A stretch of 64,000 bases of DNA from an uncultured Candidatus Saccharibacteria bacterium (GTDB lineage: Bacteria; Patescibacteriota; UBA1384; DTJR01), in contig CAZAOT010000003.1 of the NCBI GenBank assembly GCA_964487045.1, positions 72,983 through 136,982 on the forward strand, written 5' to 3'. The position numbers were made by a program, and so were the translations under genes. Shown here piece after piece: positions 35,731 through 46,406 of the stretch. The notes beneath the pieces are model-generated. The model was not told the origin of the DNA and made no database searches. It saw nothing but the letters and a program-made list of their open reading frames with translations. How positions within the stretch are numbered: the first letter of the stretch is position 1; every line of letters begins with the position of its first letter.

Positions 35731-36993
35731 ATGAAAGTGATGATTCTTCTTAAATTTCCTCTATATGGAGGCGGAAGCGGAACGTACACTAGGAAGCTCG
35801 CTGAGCTTCTGGCTAAAGAGAAGGGGTATCAAGTTGCGGTTGTTTCTCCTGATACTAGAACTATAAAAGGTTGCAAGCACTATCAGATTAAACCTGCTTT
35901 CAAAGCGGTATTCGAGGCTCACCCCGAGATGAAGCGAGCCAAAAAATATTCTCGGCTTTCTGGCAGTGAATTTTCGAGACAATATTCGGCCTACTTACGT
36001 GACATTACTAATGCGGTTGCTGATTTTAAACCAGATGTTATTCATGTTAATCACGCTTCATTTTTAACATGGATAGCTTCATTTATTCGCTCAATGTTTG
36101 GAATAGCGTTTGTAACCACTATACATGGGACTGGTGTGTATAATGCAACTATCGATCAAAGATATAGGCTCTTAACAAAACAAGCTCTTGAGAGATCTGA
36201 AAGCTTGATTGCTGTTTCTCCTCATACCAAAAAATGGTTCTTAAAAGTTTTTGGTAAGAGCTTGATCAAAAAAACAAGAATAGTTCCAAATAGTATTGTT
36301 TTGGATGAGTATATTAAGAAACCATCAGTCGTTAAAATTGAGAAAGAATATAATCTAAAGGGTAAAAAAGTGGTTCTCTTTGCGGGAAGGTTGACCTGGG
36401 AAAAAGGTGTCGAATACTTAATTCGAGCAGCAAAGACAATTAAAGGAAATGTTTATATAGTTGGTGGTGGACCCCATGAGAAAGCCCTGAAGAATCTAGT
36501 AAAGCTAACTGGTGTTAAGAACGTTCATTTTCTTGGGTATATCGGCAAAGACAAGTCAGATGTTTTAAAAGCTCTCTTCTATCGTGCCAATGTTTTAGTA
36601 TTACCTTCAGTGGTAGATGAATCTACTGGTTTGGTTTTGCTTGAGGCAATGGCTTGTAAAACACCCGTAGTTGCATCGGACAAAGGTGGAATTCCTATAG
36701 TTATCAAAAATGGACATAATGGTTTTTTGGTCAGAGCTAGAAGCTCAAAGGCAATATCTCAAGCCGTGAATAATATCCTAACCGATGACATACTGGAGCA
36801 GCGGTTAGGTGAAAATGCTCGCATCACTATCGAAAACAAATTTAGATGGAAGGTTATCTTGCCTCAATTTACTGCGATATACGAAAAAGCTGCTGATGTT
36901 ACACACAAACTACAGAATCAGAAATATAGAGCACTATTCGATAAAGAAGATATTATAAGAGAAAAGGAAGAATTGCAGAAGAAAATTGTTTAG
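35731..36993 (+). CDS. GT4-family glycosyltransferase
   Basis: C-terminal EAMACKTPVVASDKGGIPIVIKNGHNGFLV region with the E-x7-E-like motif; start at 35716 or 35731. Confidence 0.8.
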   Translation: MKVMILLKFPLYGGGSGTYTRKLAELLAKEKGYQVAVVSPDTRTIKGCKHYQIKPAFKAVFEAHPEMKRAKKYSRLSGSEFSRQYSAYLRDITNAVADFKPDVIHVNHASFLTWIASFIRSMFGIAFVTTIHGTGVYNATIDQRYRLLTKQALERSESLIAVSPHTKKWFLKVFGKSLIKKTRIVPNSIVLDEYIKKPSVVKIEKEYNLKGKKVVLFAGRLTWEKGVEYLIRAAKTIKGNVYIVGGGPHEKALKNLVKLTGVKNVHFLGYIGKDKSDVLKALFYRANVLVLPSVVDESTGLVLLEAMACKTPVVASDKGGIPIVIKNGHNGFLVRARSSKAISQAVNNILTDDILEQRLGENARITIENKFRWKVILPQFTAIYEKAADVTHKLQNQKYRALFDKEDIIREKEELQKKIV

Positions 36994-37009
36994 GATATAG
37001 TTTTGATTG

Positions 37010-37681
37010 ATGAATAAATCACTCAAGCTTAATGGTATCGAAGATATTAATCTACTGGCGGTTTTGGGGCATTCGAATAAGTCGGCAAAAATTGACGATC
37101 CGATGACTTTTGATGCGAGAGTAAGGTGCCGCGCGGCTGGAGTTTTGTATAAAGAAAAGAAGGTTAAGCAAATTGCACTCCTTGGCGGGGGTAACGATAA
37201 GGTTATGAAAGTGGCCGAAGGAGAAAGAATGCGCAATTATCTTAAGGATTCTTTCGACATTCCCGATGATTTGATGACAACCGAAAGTGAAGGCGTTAAC
37301 ACCATTACGGATATTGTTTCAATCCTTTTGAATATAAAAAAAGAGAAGATCGATCCAGAAAAAGTTGTATTTGTAACCTCTGACTACAATTCAGTTAGGG
37401 TCAAAATGGTGCTCGAAATATTAGGCGCTGCTAAGATGGCCGTATTTTCCTCTGAGAGAATATTGCTCGAGTCAGGAGATTATTATTCTCATCAAGCCGG
37501 GGAATATATGGAAAGTAAAGAATATCAAAAACGTCTTTTATATGAATCATACTGGATTGCCAAGACTGTCTTTGATGCAAAATACACCGAACAGGCCAGG
37601 GAAATTCTTGAAATTAAAAAAAATCCGTTAGAACTATACAAAGATTTGCCACGACGAGAGATGGATAACATTGATACTTAG
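37010..37681 (+). CDS. DUF218 (YdcF/ElyC/SanA-like) domain protein
   Basis: NLLAVLGHSN...IALLGGGN pattern of DUF218. Confidence 0.6.
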   Translation: MNKSLKLNGIEDINLLAVLGHSNKSAKIDDPMTFDARVRCRAAGVLYKEKKVKQIALLGGGNDKVMKVAEGERMRNYLKDSFDIPDDLMTTESEGVNTITDIVSILLNIKKEKIDPEKVVFVTSDYNSVRVKMVLEILGAAKMAVFSSERILLESGDYYSHQAGEYMESKEYQKRLLYESYWIAKTVFDAKYTEQAREILEIKKNPLELYKDLPRREMDNIDT

Positions 37682-37689
37682 GAGGAATC

Positions 37690-39642
37690 TTGAACAAAGA
37701 ATATGAGGGTATTTCTCCTGAAATTGAAGAAGATGAAAGACGGGAGAGCCAAGCAGATGCACTCATTGTGTTTGGATTTGGAATTAAAGATCCAAACTGG
37801 ATGCAGAAACGCAAAGAAGCTGAAGAAGCCGGTGTTGATCCTGAAACAATTTCAGATCAGTCGGAGGGTTGGATGCTTTCTCTGGGCGCAAAAATGCGAG
37901 TGCAAGCAGCGGCAGAATTATATTTAAAGGGTGCGACTCGAGAAGTTATTTTTACAGGTGGAGCTACTAGAACTAAAGATGGTTTGCAGCAAACGGAAGC
38001 CCAGGTTATGGAAGATTATTTTCTGCATATCCTTCGAAAGCGAAAATTTGAACAATTAAAGGGCGATAGAGTGCAGCTTTCCGAAACGGAAAGACGTGAT
38101 ATTGATGTTGTCTCTACTGCTTATATTCAGGAAGCTAAAACCCATATTATTAAAGAGGATAAAGCCAGCAATACAATCGAAAATTTTTCCAGAACACTTG
38201 CGATGTTTGATAATAATCCTAATAAATATAAAAAAATCGCACTTCTTTCCAGTAAATTTCATATTGACCGGATTGGACAGCTTTCAGAACAATTTTTATT
38301 ACCTGCTGATGAAGAGTATGGTGCCGAAGAGGTAATGGCAGAATCGAGAAAAGGAAAGAGGCATGAAGCTTTATATACTGATGTGTTAAATGATTATCTC
38401 GAATCCGAGGAATATTATAATTTTACTCTGCGAGAGAACCAATGGAGGGGAGGTTTGAGGAAGGTACCTGAATATTTTCTTCCTCAAACTATTTTTGTAG
38501 ATATAGATCGATTTCGAGAAATACTTAGAAGCATGGCATTGCAGGATGAAGTATATGCAAATAAACTTTCTGAGCTTGGTATAAATCCGGATTCTCTAGA
38601 TGATCTTAGCGAAGAGCAGTTAAATGATATCAAGAATAAGATAGAGTCTATTGAAAGAATCCTACCTCCGCAGAGTTGGGCCGAAGTTAATCCCGAGCAA
38701 ATATTTGCTACACCGCCAGCTAGGTTTGAAAAGAGATCCGAGTATACTGATCCTCTTGAAAGAGCAAGGCATTTAGAAACATTGATTTTTAGTGATGTAG
38801 ATGGCACTTTGCGCGGCGAGGGAGCAAATGATCGCCTGGTAGGTGAATACATTAGGCTCGCCGAACGTTGTTCGGGTGAAATAATTTTAACTTCTAGTCG
38901 CTCGAGAGGAGATCTGGAGACGCTTAAGGATCTATACAGGATGAATGAACTTGCCCCGGTTATTTTTGAAAATGGCGCCGGTGTAGCTTTCGATAATAGG
39001 CTAGTTGATATTGGCATGCTAAAACAAATTGCATCTGAAGAGGGTTTTTCTCATGTTAATTTTGTATCAAGCGCAAATACGACAATAGTGGAATTTTCAC
39101 CGAGTCGGCAGAGTTTGAGGCCTGTTTTTGACGAAGTCGCTAAGGAGACGGGGTTGAAATATCATTATGTATTGGATTTACCTGCTCAGGATATAGCTGA
39201 GCTATATAATATCAGTCTCGAGCAAGCTGAGGATATTAAACAGCAAGTTCCTCGCGAGGAAAAATTATTCATGGAAAATATCGTTTTCGAGGAGTCTGCT
39301 TCGGAAGATGAGATCCAGGAATTTGCGCTAAAAGCAAAAGATAGAGGTCTTCACCTAACCAGGGCAAGGATAACTTGGCATTTGATGAGTTCTAATGTCA
39401 ATAAAGGCGAGGCAGTTAGATTTGTACAAAAGGTTTATAAGCATTTGAGTCAAAATTATCGCTTATCGGTAGCGGTTGGAGATGCTCCTAATGATTTTGA
39501 AATGTTTAAACAATGTGATGAGGCGTATTATGTCGGTGATGATAAGTACGTGGTAGAGGGGAGCCATGAGACAGAAAAGAAGAGGTCTGAAGGTGTAATA
39601 GAGTTAATTAGAAATAAATTTCTTAATATGAGGGAACAATGA
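37690..39642 (+). CDS. fusion protein: N-terminal DUF218 domain + C-terminal HAD-IIB-like phosphatase
   Basis: ALIVFGFG...IFTGGATR (DUF218). FSDVDGTL (HAD motif I) ... VGDAPNDFEMF (motif IV). TTG start after TAGGAGG. Confidence 0.7.
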   Translation: MNKEYEGISPEIEEDERRESQADALIVFGFGIKDPNWMQKRKEAEEAGVDPETISDQSEGWMLSLGAKMRVQAAAELYLKGATREVIFTGGATRTKDGLQQTEAQVMEDYFLHILRKRKFEQLKGDRVQLSETERRDIDVVSTAYIQEAKTHIIKEDKASNTIENFSRTLAMFDNNPNKYKKIALLSSKFHIDRIGQLSEQFLLPADEEYGAEEVMAESRKGKRHEALYTDVLNDYLESEEYYNFTLRENQWRGGLRKVPEYFLPQTIFVDIDRFREILRSMALQDEVYANKLSELGINPDSLDDLSEEQLNDIKNKIESIERILPPQSWAEVNPEQIFATPPARFEKRSEYTDPLERARHLETLIFSDVDGTLRGEGANDRLVGEYIRLAERCSGEIILTSSRSRGDLETLKDLYRMNELAPVIFENGAGVAFDNRLVDIGMLKQIASEEGFSHVNFVSSANTTIVEFSPSRQSLRPVFDEVAKETGLKYHYVLDLPAQDIAELYNISLEQAEDIKQQVPREEKLFMENIVFEESASEDEIQEFALKAKDRGLHLTRARITWHLMSSNVNKGEAVRFVQKVYKHLSQNYRLSVAVGDAPNDFEMFKQCDEAYYVGDDKYVVEGSHETEKKRSEGVIELIRNKFLNMREQ

Positions 39643-40727
39643 AGATATTGATGGTAGCACCACTTCGTCGACCAATTGACCCAGATATAACTGCCTCGAG
39701 GCCGAGAGTTATATTGGATTTAATTGAGGGTCTGATAAAAGAGGGTCATGAGGTTTCAGTTCTTGGAACAGGCGACTCCGAAATTCCAAATGCTAAGTTG
39801 ATTCCATTAATTGATAAAGCGATTAATTTTATGCCCGCTTTTGAAAATCCTTTTTATGCAGAAACAGGCTTTTTGGTCAGATGTGCAAAAAAACTTGAGG
39901 AATTATCTGGTGAGTTCGATATTATCCACAATCATCAATTTCCGGAATTTATTAATTTATTAATTGAAGACAAATTAAAATGTCCAATGATAACAACGGT
40001 ACATGCTCAGATGACTCCGGAGATGGATGAAGCACTTGCCTGTTTTCCGGATTCTAATCTTGTAGCAATATCCGAATCTGCAAGTAGCTTGGCTAAAAAA
40101 GCGAAAATGTTAAAAGTCGTTTATAACGGAGTTGACACCAATCTTTATTCTTTTACTGAAGATAAAGAGGACTATCTACTTTGGATTGGAAGGCTTGCAA
40201 AATCAAAGGATGACAATGGTGAGTTTATTGATCCAAAAGGTGTTAAGTGGGCAATAAAATTGGCTGAGGCGACAGGTAGTCGACTAAAATTAGGCGGAAA
40301 TGTAGAAGATCAAGATTTCTATGATCAGGAAGTTAAGCCTCATCTGAACGATAAAATTGAATGGATCGGACCGATTTCCGCAGAGCAACCGCTATCAAAA
40401 GCTGAAGTAGCAGGCCTGATGCAAAAAGCTAAAGCATTTCTAATGACGATAAATTGGGAAGAGCCATTTGGATTAGTTATGGCAGAGTCGATGAGTTGTG
40501 GAACTCCTATTATTGCATTTAGGCGCGGGTCAGTACCTGAGATTATTGAAGATAGGAAAACGGGATTTATTGTGGAGCCTGAAAAAGGAGTTGATGGTCT
40601 AGTCGAAGCTTATGAAAAGATCAAGCAAATAAATCCAACTGATTGCAGAGATCTAGTGCTTAATAAATTCTCAATTCAAAAAATGGTTGAAAATTACGAG
40701 AAGGCATATATTGAACTTGTAAAATAA
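39639..40727 (+). CDS. GT4-family glycosyltransferase
   Basis: EPFGLVMAESMSCGTPIIAFRRGSVPEIIEDRKTGFIV. Confidence 0.8.
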   Translation: MKILMVAPLRRPIDPDITASRPRVILDLIEGLIKEGHEVSVLGTGDSEIPNAKLIPLIDKAINFMPAFENPFYAETGFLVRCAKKLEELSGEFDIIHNHQFPEFINLLIEDKLKCPMITTVHAQMTPEMDEALACFPDSNLVAISESASSLAKKAKMLKVVYNGVDTNLYSFTEDKEDYLLWIGRLAKSKDDNGEFIDPKGVKWAIKLAEATGSRLKLGGNVEDQDFYDQEVKPHLNDKIEWIGPISAEQPLSKAEVAGLMQKAKAFLMTINWEEPFGLVMAESMSCGTPIIAFRRGSVPEIIEDRKTGFIVEPEKGVDGLVEAYEKIKQINPTDCRDLVLNKFSIQKMVENYEKAYIELVK

Positions 40728-40736
40728 AGAAAAAAT

Positions 40737-41807
40737 ATGAAAAAACCAAAAATAGTTTATTATACGACACCGTATGGATACGGGCATGTTGTAAGAGCGA
40801 ACGCAATTATACAGGCGATTGGAGGTCGTGCTGACGTACATTTGATAGCGGCGATTGATATTATTTTTGATCTAGCTAAAAATATTCATTTTCATAAAAT
40901 TGATGAAATTCCTGGCTCGGTAAGGTTTGATTGTCCAATATATTATGAAGATAAAGAGGGGAAAACTCCAAGTACAAGTTCGGGAAAGCATATTGAAGAA
41001 TTTCGAACTCATACGCGAAAATTCGTTGATCTTCTTTGTGATATTAATCCCGATCTAGTCATTATTGATGTAACTCCGGAATTTGCGATTTTTGCGAAGA
41101 TATTGGGTTTTGAAAGCGCCCAGGTTTTAATCACCGGCAAAAGAGATGATTTACGAAATAAAGTGTCTTTGTGCAGCGTTGATCATGTGATAGTTCCATA
41201 CCCGGAAAATTTTGTTGATTTGTCTTACTTACCTGCTGAAGCTCGAAAAAATATATTTTATAGTGGCGCTTTCTCTAGGTTTGATGGCAAGCGAATTATT
41301 TCAAAAGATGATGCAAAAAAGAAACTTGGAATTCCAAGTGATAAGAAATTAGTTGTTTGTGCTTTTGGCCGAGGCGATTTAGGGGGCAAGGTAGTCAAAA
41401 AGGTTGAAGAAATCGCAAAATCTAAAGAATTTGCCGACTGCCAGTTTAAAATATTCGGCAATATTCCGAACGTTGATGAATATCTTAATGCAGCTGATTT
41501 TGCGATTTCAGGTGCTGGAGATAATACAGTGATGGAAAATTGTTATTATCGGGTTCCGATGATAATGATTCCGCTTAAAAGGCGTTATGATGAGCAGGTT
41601 CTCAAAGCTGAAGCGCTAGAGAAAATAGGAGCGGGAAAAATTATTTTAGAGGATGAAATAGATAGCAAGTTACAAGATGAATTACGTCGACTGATATCAG
41701 ACGAGGGGTATCGTGAAGAAGCTGCCAAAGCTGAAGGAAAGTTTGTTGACGGCCATGGAGCTGAGAGACTTGCTGATGAAATAATACGGTGGACTAAGCT
41801 TAGCTAA
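40737..41807 (+). CDS. GT28/GT1 (MurG/UDP-glycosyltransferase-like) family protein
   Basis: C-terminal GAGDNTVMEN...VPMIMIPL region resembling the Glyco_tran_28 C-terminal domain. Confidence 0.65.
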   Translation: MKKPKIVYYTTPYGYGHVVRANAIIQAIGGRADVHLIAAIDIIFDLAKNIHFHKIDEIPGSVRFDCPIYYEDKEGKTPSTSSGKHIEEFRTHTRKFVDLLCDINPDLVIIDVTPEFAIFAKILGFESAQVLITGKRDDLRNKVSLCSVDHVIVPYPENFVDLSYLPAEARKNIFYSGAFSRFDGKRIISKDDAKKKLGIPSDKKLVVCAFGRGDLGGKVVKKVEEIAKSKEFADCQFKIFGNIPNVDEYLNAADFAISGAGDNTVMENCYYRVPMIMIPLKRRYDEQVLKAEALEKIGAGKIILEDEIDSKLQDELRRLISDEGYREEAAKAEGKFVDGHGAERLADEIIRWTKLS

Positions 41808-41901
41808 TAGTTGACTCTTGATTCAATTTGATGTATAGTAATTGCCTCGGTTAAAGTATATGATATTATCATAAATAGTTATTTTAACCTTCGGAGGAAG
41901 T

Positions 41902-42996
41902 ATGAATTATGCCGTTATAATGGCTGGTGGATCTGGTACAAGACTTTGGCCCATGAGCCGAAAACAGAAGCCTAAACAGCTTCATAATTTAGTTTCTGAT
42001 AAAACCCTTATTCAAGAAACATATAATAGATTGCTTAAGGCGTTACCCGAGGAAAATATCTATGTTTCTACGACTAGTTCATATGTAGATGAGATTAGAA
42101 AGCAGCTTCCTAAAATTCCGCGAGAAAATTTTATTATTGAGCCTTCTTCTCGCAATACTGGACCAGCGCTCGCCTATTTGGCAAAAGTTATTGCGATGAA
42201 GGACCCGGAGGCTATTATTGCCACTATTGCTTCTGATCATATAGTTAAAAATATTGATGTTTTCGCCAATACTGTCAAAACGGCTTTTGAAGCAGCTAAA
42301 AAATTTCCTGATCATTTGATTGCGGTTGGGATTAATCCTACTAAACCAGATACCGGACTGGGTTATATCAAAATGGGCTCGATGAAGGTAGAGATTAACG
42401 ATGAGAAGGTTTTTGAAGTCGATACGTTTGTAGAAAAACCAGATCACAAAACAGCGGAAAAGTATTTACAGAGCTGGGAATATTTATGGAATGGTGCTTA
42501 TTATTTCTTCTCGGCCAAATCGATGCTCGGATGGATAAAGAAGTATCGTCCAGAGATGCTCAAGACAATCGAAGAGATCGGCGAGCTTATAGCGCAGGGT
42601 GCTAATGGTACTACGCAAACTAAGATTAAGTCCCTTTATGAGTCACTCGAAAATGAACAATTCGAGAACGCAATTATCGAGCAGGAAGATTTCACTAAAG
42701 TCTTAGTTATTCCTGCAGATCTTGGCTGGTCCGATATTGGCAACTGGGGAACTCTTCACGATGTATTAACTGAAACATATGGAAGTGAGATGATTTCGAG
42801 GGGTTATCATATAGATGTTGATTCGAAAGGTTGCTTGATTTATGGTGGTGAAAAAATGGTTGCTACCCTTGGACTAGAGAATATTATTGTTATTGATACT
42901 CCTGATGTAATGCTGATTGCAGACAAGAGAAGGGCTCAGGACGTTAAAAAGTTACTAGAAAAACTTAAAGACGAAGGTAAGCACTTATATTTGTAA
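41902..42996 (+). CDS. manC: mannose-1-phosphate guanylyltransferase (GDP-mannose pyrophosphorylase family)
   Basis: MAGGSGTRLWP NTP-transferase motif; ~360 aa. Confidence 0.85.
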   Translation: MNYAVIMAGGSGTRLWPMSRKQKPKQLHNLVSDKTLIQETYNRLLKALPEENIYVSTTSSYVDEIRKQLPKIPRENFIIEPSSRNTGPALAYLAKVIAMKDPEAIIATIASDHIVKNIDVFANTVKTAFEAAKKFPDHLIAVGINPTKPDTGLGYIKMGSMKVEINDEKVFEVDTFVEKPDHKTAEKYLQSWEYLWNGAYYFFSAKSMLGWIKKYRPEMLKTIEEIGELIAQGANGTTQTKIKSLYESLENEQFENAIIEQEDFTKVLVIPADLGWSDIGNWGTLHDVLTETYGSEMISRGYHIDVDSKGCLIYGGEKMVATLGLENIIVIDTPDVMLIADKRRAQDVKKLLEKLKDEGKHLYL

Positions 42997-42997
42997 G

Positions 42998-43864
42998 ATG
43001 AAGATTCTTGTTCACCGAGTCCCGCTATGCGTAAAAAATGACAAGTTAGTTGAAAGCGGTGAATTGAACTCTCCAGAGTTTGATTTTAAGGGTCATTTTG
43101 CGAAAGAGACGATTGTCACTCTTGGTAGGTTTATGGTTTGCTACAAAGCCAAACCTTGGATGATTAATGATCTCATGATTATCGATGGTGACAAGGAGTA
43201 TGTAAAAAGTCCATCCGAGCTTGATGAGGAAGACTCAAATATTTTGAATTCTATTATTAATATTGCTATTGCGGAATTATCTAGTAATTCACAGATTAGC
43301 AAGATCGTCGTCGGAGCCAATATTAATCCCCTTCCTGAGAAAGAAGATCATGAATCGATCTGGCGTCTTCATGTGCATGTTTGTGGTTTGACAAAGGGTG
43401 AAGTCGAAAAAATGGAGATTTTAGACGAAGAAACAAATATTTATGAAGATGAAATAATCGAGCAATTTAAAAAAGAAATCGCCCAGCTCGATGGTTTTGA
43501 AGAATATGCCTATGGGGCAAGAAAAGATTTGGAAAATATAAAAGATGGTAATTTTATGGATGAAATTAAGTACATAGATATCAAGGTTAAAGAAATACTT
43601 TCTAAATTTGTAAGTAAATTTTCAGTAATTTCTTATTCTTTTTCTATAATAATAGAAGACGACCGGGCAAGTATGTACGTTTCCCCTAAGTCCAGAGATG
43701 GACGAGGGGTGCTTGAAGCAGTTGGAATTATACTTGATCGAGAAGAAAATCTTGAAATTGATAAAGATTTTATTGATGGAAGGAATAAATTTTTGAAAAG
43801 AGTGCAGGACAAACTAATTCAAATAGATGGCGCCAAAATTGGAAAGCTAAAATTGGAGGAATAA
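42998..43864 (+). CDS. hypothetical protein with an HIT-like H-x-H-x motif (WRLHVHVCG)
   Basis: Sits between ManC and the phosphohexomutase; motif resemblance only. Confidence 0.45.
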   Translation: MKILVHRVPLCVKNDKLVESGELNSPEFDFKGHFAKETIVTLGRFMVCYKAKPWMINDLMIIDGDKEYVKSPSELDEEDSNILNSIINIAIAELSSNSQISKIVVGANINPLPEKEDHESIWRLHVHVCGLTKGEVEKMEILDEETNIYEDEIIEQFKKEIAQLDGFEEYAYGARKDLENIKDGNFMDEIKYIDIKVKEILSKFVSKFSVISYSFSIIIEDDRASMYVSPKSRDGRGVLEAVGIILDREENLEIDKDFIDGRNKFLKRVQDKLIQIDGAKIGKLKLEE

Positions 43865-45756
43865 TGAAAAGCAGTGAAAATCTTATAAATATTGTTAAGA
43901 AACTTGGCCGAAGAGGAGAAGAAGTAATTCCAGTTGGCGAGGATCTTACTGACGTTTTTGGTAGGAGACTGAAATTCGAAGGGCAGGCAATTGATCTTGA
44001 GAAGAACCAGTTGAACAAGGCGGCGCAAGATTTGCTCAAAGAGCTTCAAACTGAGGGCTCGGAGATAGAGAAAGTTCTTAGAGGACAAGTAATGTGGTAT
44101 GACGTTCGGTCTTCGGTTTGGAAAGAGCATCCTGAACTTTCTGCTCTTATGGCACTTGCCTACGCTAAAGTCTTGATTGAAAGAACTGGAAAAACTACTG
44201 GTCATACGCTTAATATCGCGGTTGATTGTTACAAGAAGCATTATGAGTCAATGTCGGTGTTTGCGGATACAATTATTAGAACTGGAATCGTACGAGATGG
44301 TGGTGGCGTGATTTATTGGGGCGTTCAAAATGGAGGGTCTATTAGAAATGTTGCTCAGGCAGAGCGAGCATTTACTGGTGAAAATGGAAACTGGATTTTT
44401 GGAACAATGAGTCATAGAGCCGAGGATTATGTCGGTGCTAAATTTGGAATGCAGGGCAAGGTTTTTTGCGGTCCTGATCTAATGAATGATTTATATGGAA
44501 AAATAATTTCTGGAGACTTTCCTGAATTAATTGAGATAGCATCTCCTGAAGAATATGCTGTTACGGTTGGTGATTTAACTGCAAATAATATTGATATTGT
44601 TGAGGACTTGGTCAGAGCTAGAACTGGTACGAAAAAGCCGAAAGAAGAAATTCTTGCTGGTATGAAGGTTGGTATGAATATGTGCGGTAGCCCAGTTGGC
44701 AAAAACCTACTTGATATTCTCAAGGCGTTTGGAGCGGATGTAGTAGCTATGAATGATGTTTTGAATGAGAATTATTCAACTGCTAATATTGTTGACCCAA
44801 ATGAACATGAATCTGAAGCGATGGAGGATATGAAAGAAAAAGCTAAAGAAAATGGAAGAATCTATCTAGCGCTTGACCCAGACGGAGATAGGGGGACTGT
44901 GATTGCGCTTGATTCAAATGGTAAGCCAGAGTCGTTGACAGGTACTGAGCTACTTCTTCTGGCGACTGAGAATCTTGCTACTTATAATCCAAATAAACTA
45001 CAGGCGGACGTTATCTACGACATGAGAACTGGTATTTCAATCTCTATGCTCCAAGAAGCACTCACTAAAGCTGGATTTCCGATAAAGACTCTCGCGGCCG
45101 AACCTGGATATCCATTCTTTATGGAAATGATGGGAAATAACGAAGGGGCAGTTATAGCTGTTGAGAATACTAGCCATCAATTTCTTACGCCGATGACCAA
45201 TCCAATCTGGGGTGCACCAAAATATTATCCTGGGGTTCAAGGTGGAGACGATGGTGCAATCTTCTTGGTTTATATTCTCTCGCTTTGTCATGAAAAGTGG
45301 GAAGGAAGAAATCCGATTGAACAACTTGAGTTCTTGAGAGAGAAGTATAAAATGCCGAAAACTTTGATCCGGGAGTTCAAACCGACAGTGGATAAAAAAG
45401 ATGCTATGAGAAAATATGATCTTGCTGAGGCGATGTGCAACATTGTAAATGATGAGATCGATGGTAGTAAATATCAGATCGATACTATGAATAGTGGAGT
45501 AAGGTTAACCGATCATAGCAAGCAAGCGATGGTTCTTATCAGATACTCTAACACCGGTCCATCGTTTACCGCTTCAGGAGAAGCGGTGAGCAAGGAGGAT
45601 AGTGATTTCATGTTCTCTTTAGGTGGGGCGATTATGGCCAAAGCTGTCGCAAAAGTAAAAAAAGAAAAAGGTGACTTTGAATTTGACTTTGCTAACTATA
45701 GCGAATTCGGTAATATCGATGAAGCTAAGTACAATAAAATAATTAGCGAGGTATAA
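43864..45756 (+). CDS. alpha-D-phosphohexomutase family (phosphomannomutase / phosphoglucomutase-like), divergent
   Basis: Metal-binding loop DPDGDR and an active-site-like GTMSHRAED in place of TASHNP. Confidence 0.6.
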   Translation: MKSSENLINIVKKLGRRGEEVIPVGEDLTDVFGRRLKFEGQAIDLEKNQLNKAAQDLLKELQTEGSEIEKVLRGQVMWYDVRSSVWKEHPELSALMALAYAKVLIERTGKTTGHTLNIAVDCYKKHYESMSVFADTIIRTGIVRDGGGVIYWGVQNGGSIRNVAQAERAFTGENGNWIFGTMSHRAEDYVGAKFGMQGKVFCGPDLMNDLYGKIISGDFPELIEIASPEEYAVTVGDLTANNIDIVEDLVRARTGTKKPKEEILAGMKVGMNMCGSPVGKNLLDILKAFGADVVAMNDVLNENYSTANIVDPNEHESEAMEDMKEKAKENGRIYLALDPDGDRGTVIALDSNGKPESLTGTELLLLATENLATYNPNKLQADVIYDMRTGISISMLQEALTKAGFPIKTLAAEPGYPFFMEMMGNNEGAVIAVENTSHQFLTPMTNPIWGAPKYYPGVQGGDDGAIFLVYILSLCHEKWEGRNPIEQLEFLREKYKMPKTLIREFKPTVDKKDAMRKYDLAEAMCNIVNDEIDGSKYQIDTMNSGVRLTDHSKQAMVLIRYSNTGPSFTASGEAVSKEDSDFMFSLGGAIMAKAVAKVKKEKGDFEFDFANYSEFGNIDEAKYNKIISEV

Positions 45757-45758
45757 CT

Positions 45759-46394
45759 GTGGGTAAGACGAAAGTATTTATAGATCTTGACGATACGTTG
45801 ATTGACACCGCTCAGATCAAGCATGATATTTTTGGCAAAATCGCTCTTATGGGTGTGCCTATGGCAGAAATAGCGTCAAGCTACAGCGAAGCGCGCAAAC
45901 AATTCGGCGCTGACTATCTTAAGCCTTTTGCTGAGTCATTTCAGGAATTTGGGATTGATGGCGAGATTTTGTACAATGGTCTGCAGCAAATGATTCTGCA
46001 ACATATGGATAAATATTTACTAGAAGATCGTCTTGTGTGGCTAGATCGGTTTCAGAGTGATCAATATGAAATGTACTTGCTCACTCACGGTAACCCTGAT
46101 ATTCAGGAGAGAAAGGTTCAGGGCCTTCATTTAGAAAATCTCTTTGAAGATAGAGTGATTTATGTGCAAGACAATAAGGCCGACTACATAAAGAAACTTC
46201 TAGGGCCTGGTGAGAAATTTATTTTGGTTGATGATAAAAAGGAAGTACTGGATGAAATTATCAATGAATACCCAGAACAAGCCGAAGTTTGGGAAGCAAC
46301 CAAAAGCGTAGACGATCAAGGCGAAATTACATACAATGATCCAGAAGGGTATTATAGTCCGCTTGATATTGCCCGAGAAGGAAAAAATTATTAA
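45759..46394 (+). CDS. HAD-family hydrolase
   Basis: FIDLDDTL motif I; GTG start. Confidence 0.75.
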   Translation: MGKTKVFIDLDDTLIDTAQIKHDIFGKIALMGVPMAEIASSYSEARKQFGADYLKPFAESFQEFGIDGEILYNGLQQMILQHMDKYLLEDRLVWLDRFQSDQYEMYLLTHGNPDIQERKVQGLHLENLFEDRVIYVQDNKADYIKKLLGPGEKFILVDDKKEVLDEIINEYPEQAEVWEATKSVDDQGEITYNDPEGYYSPLDIAREGKNY

Positions 46395-46406
46395 TAAGGA
46401 GTCTTT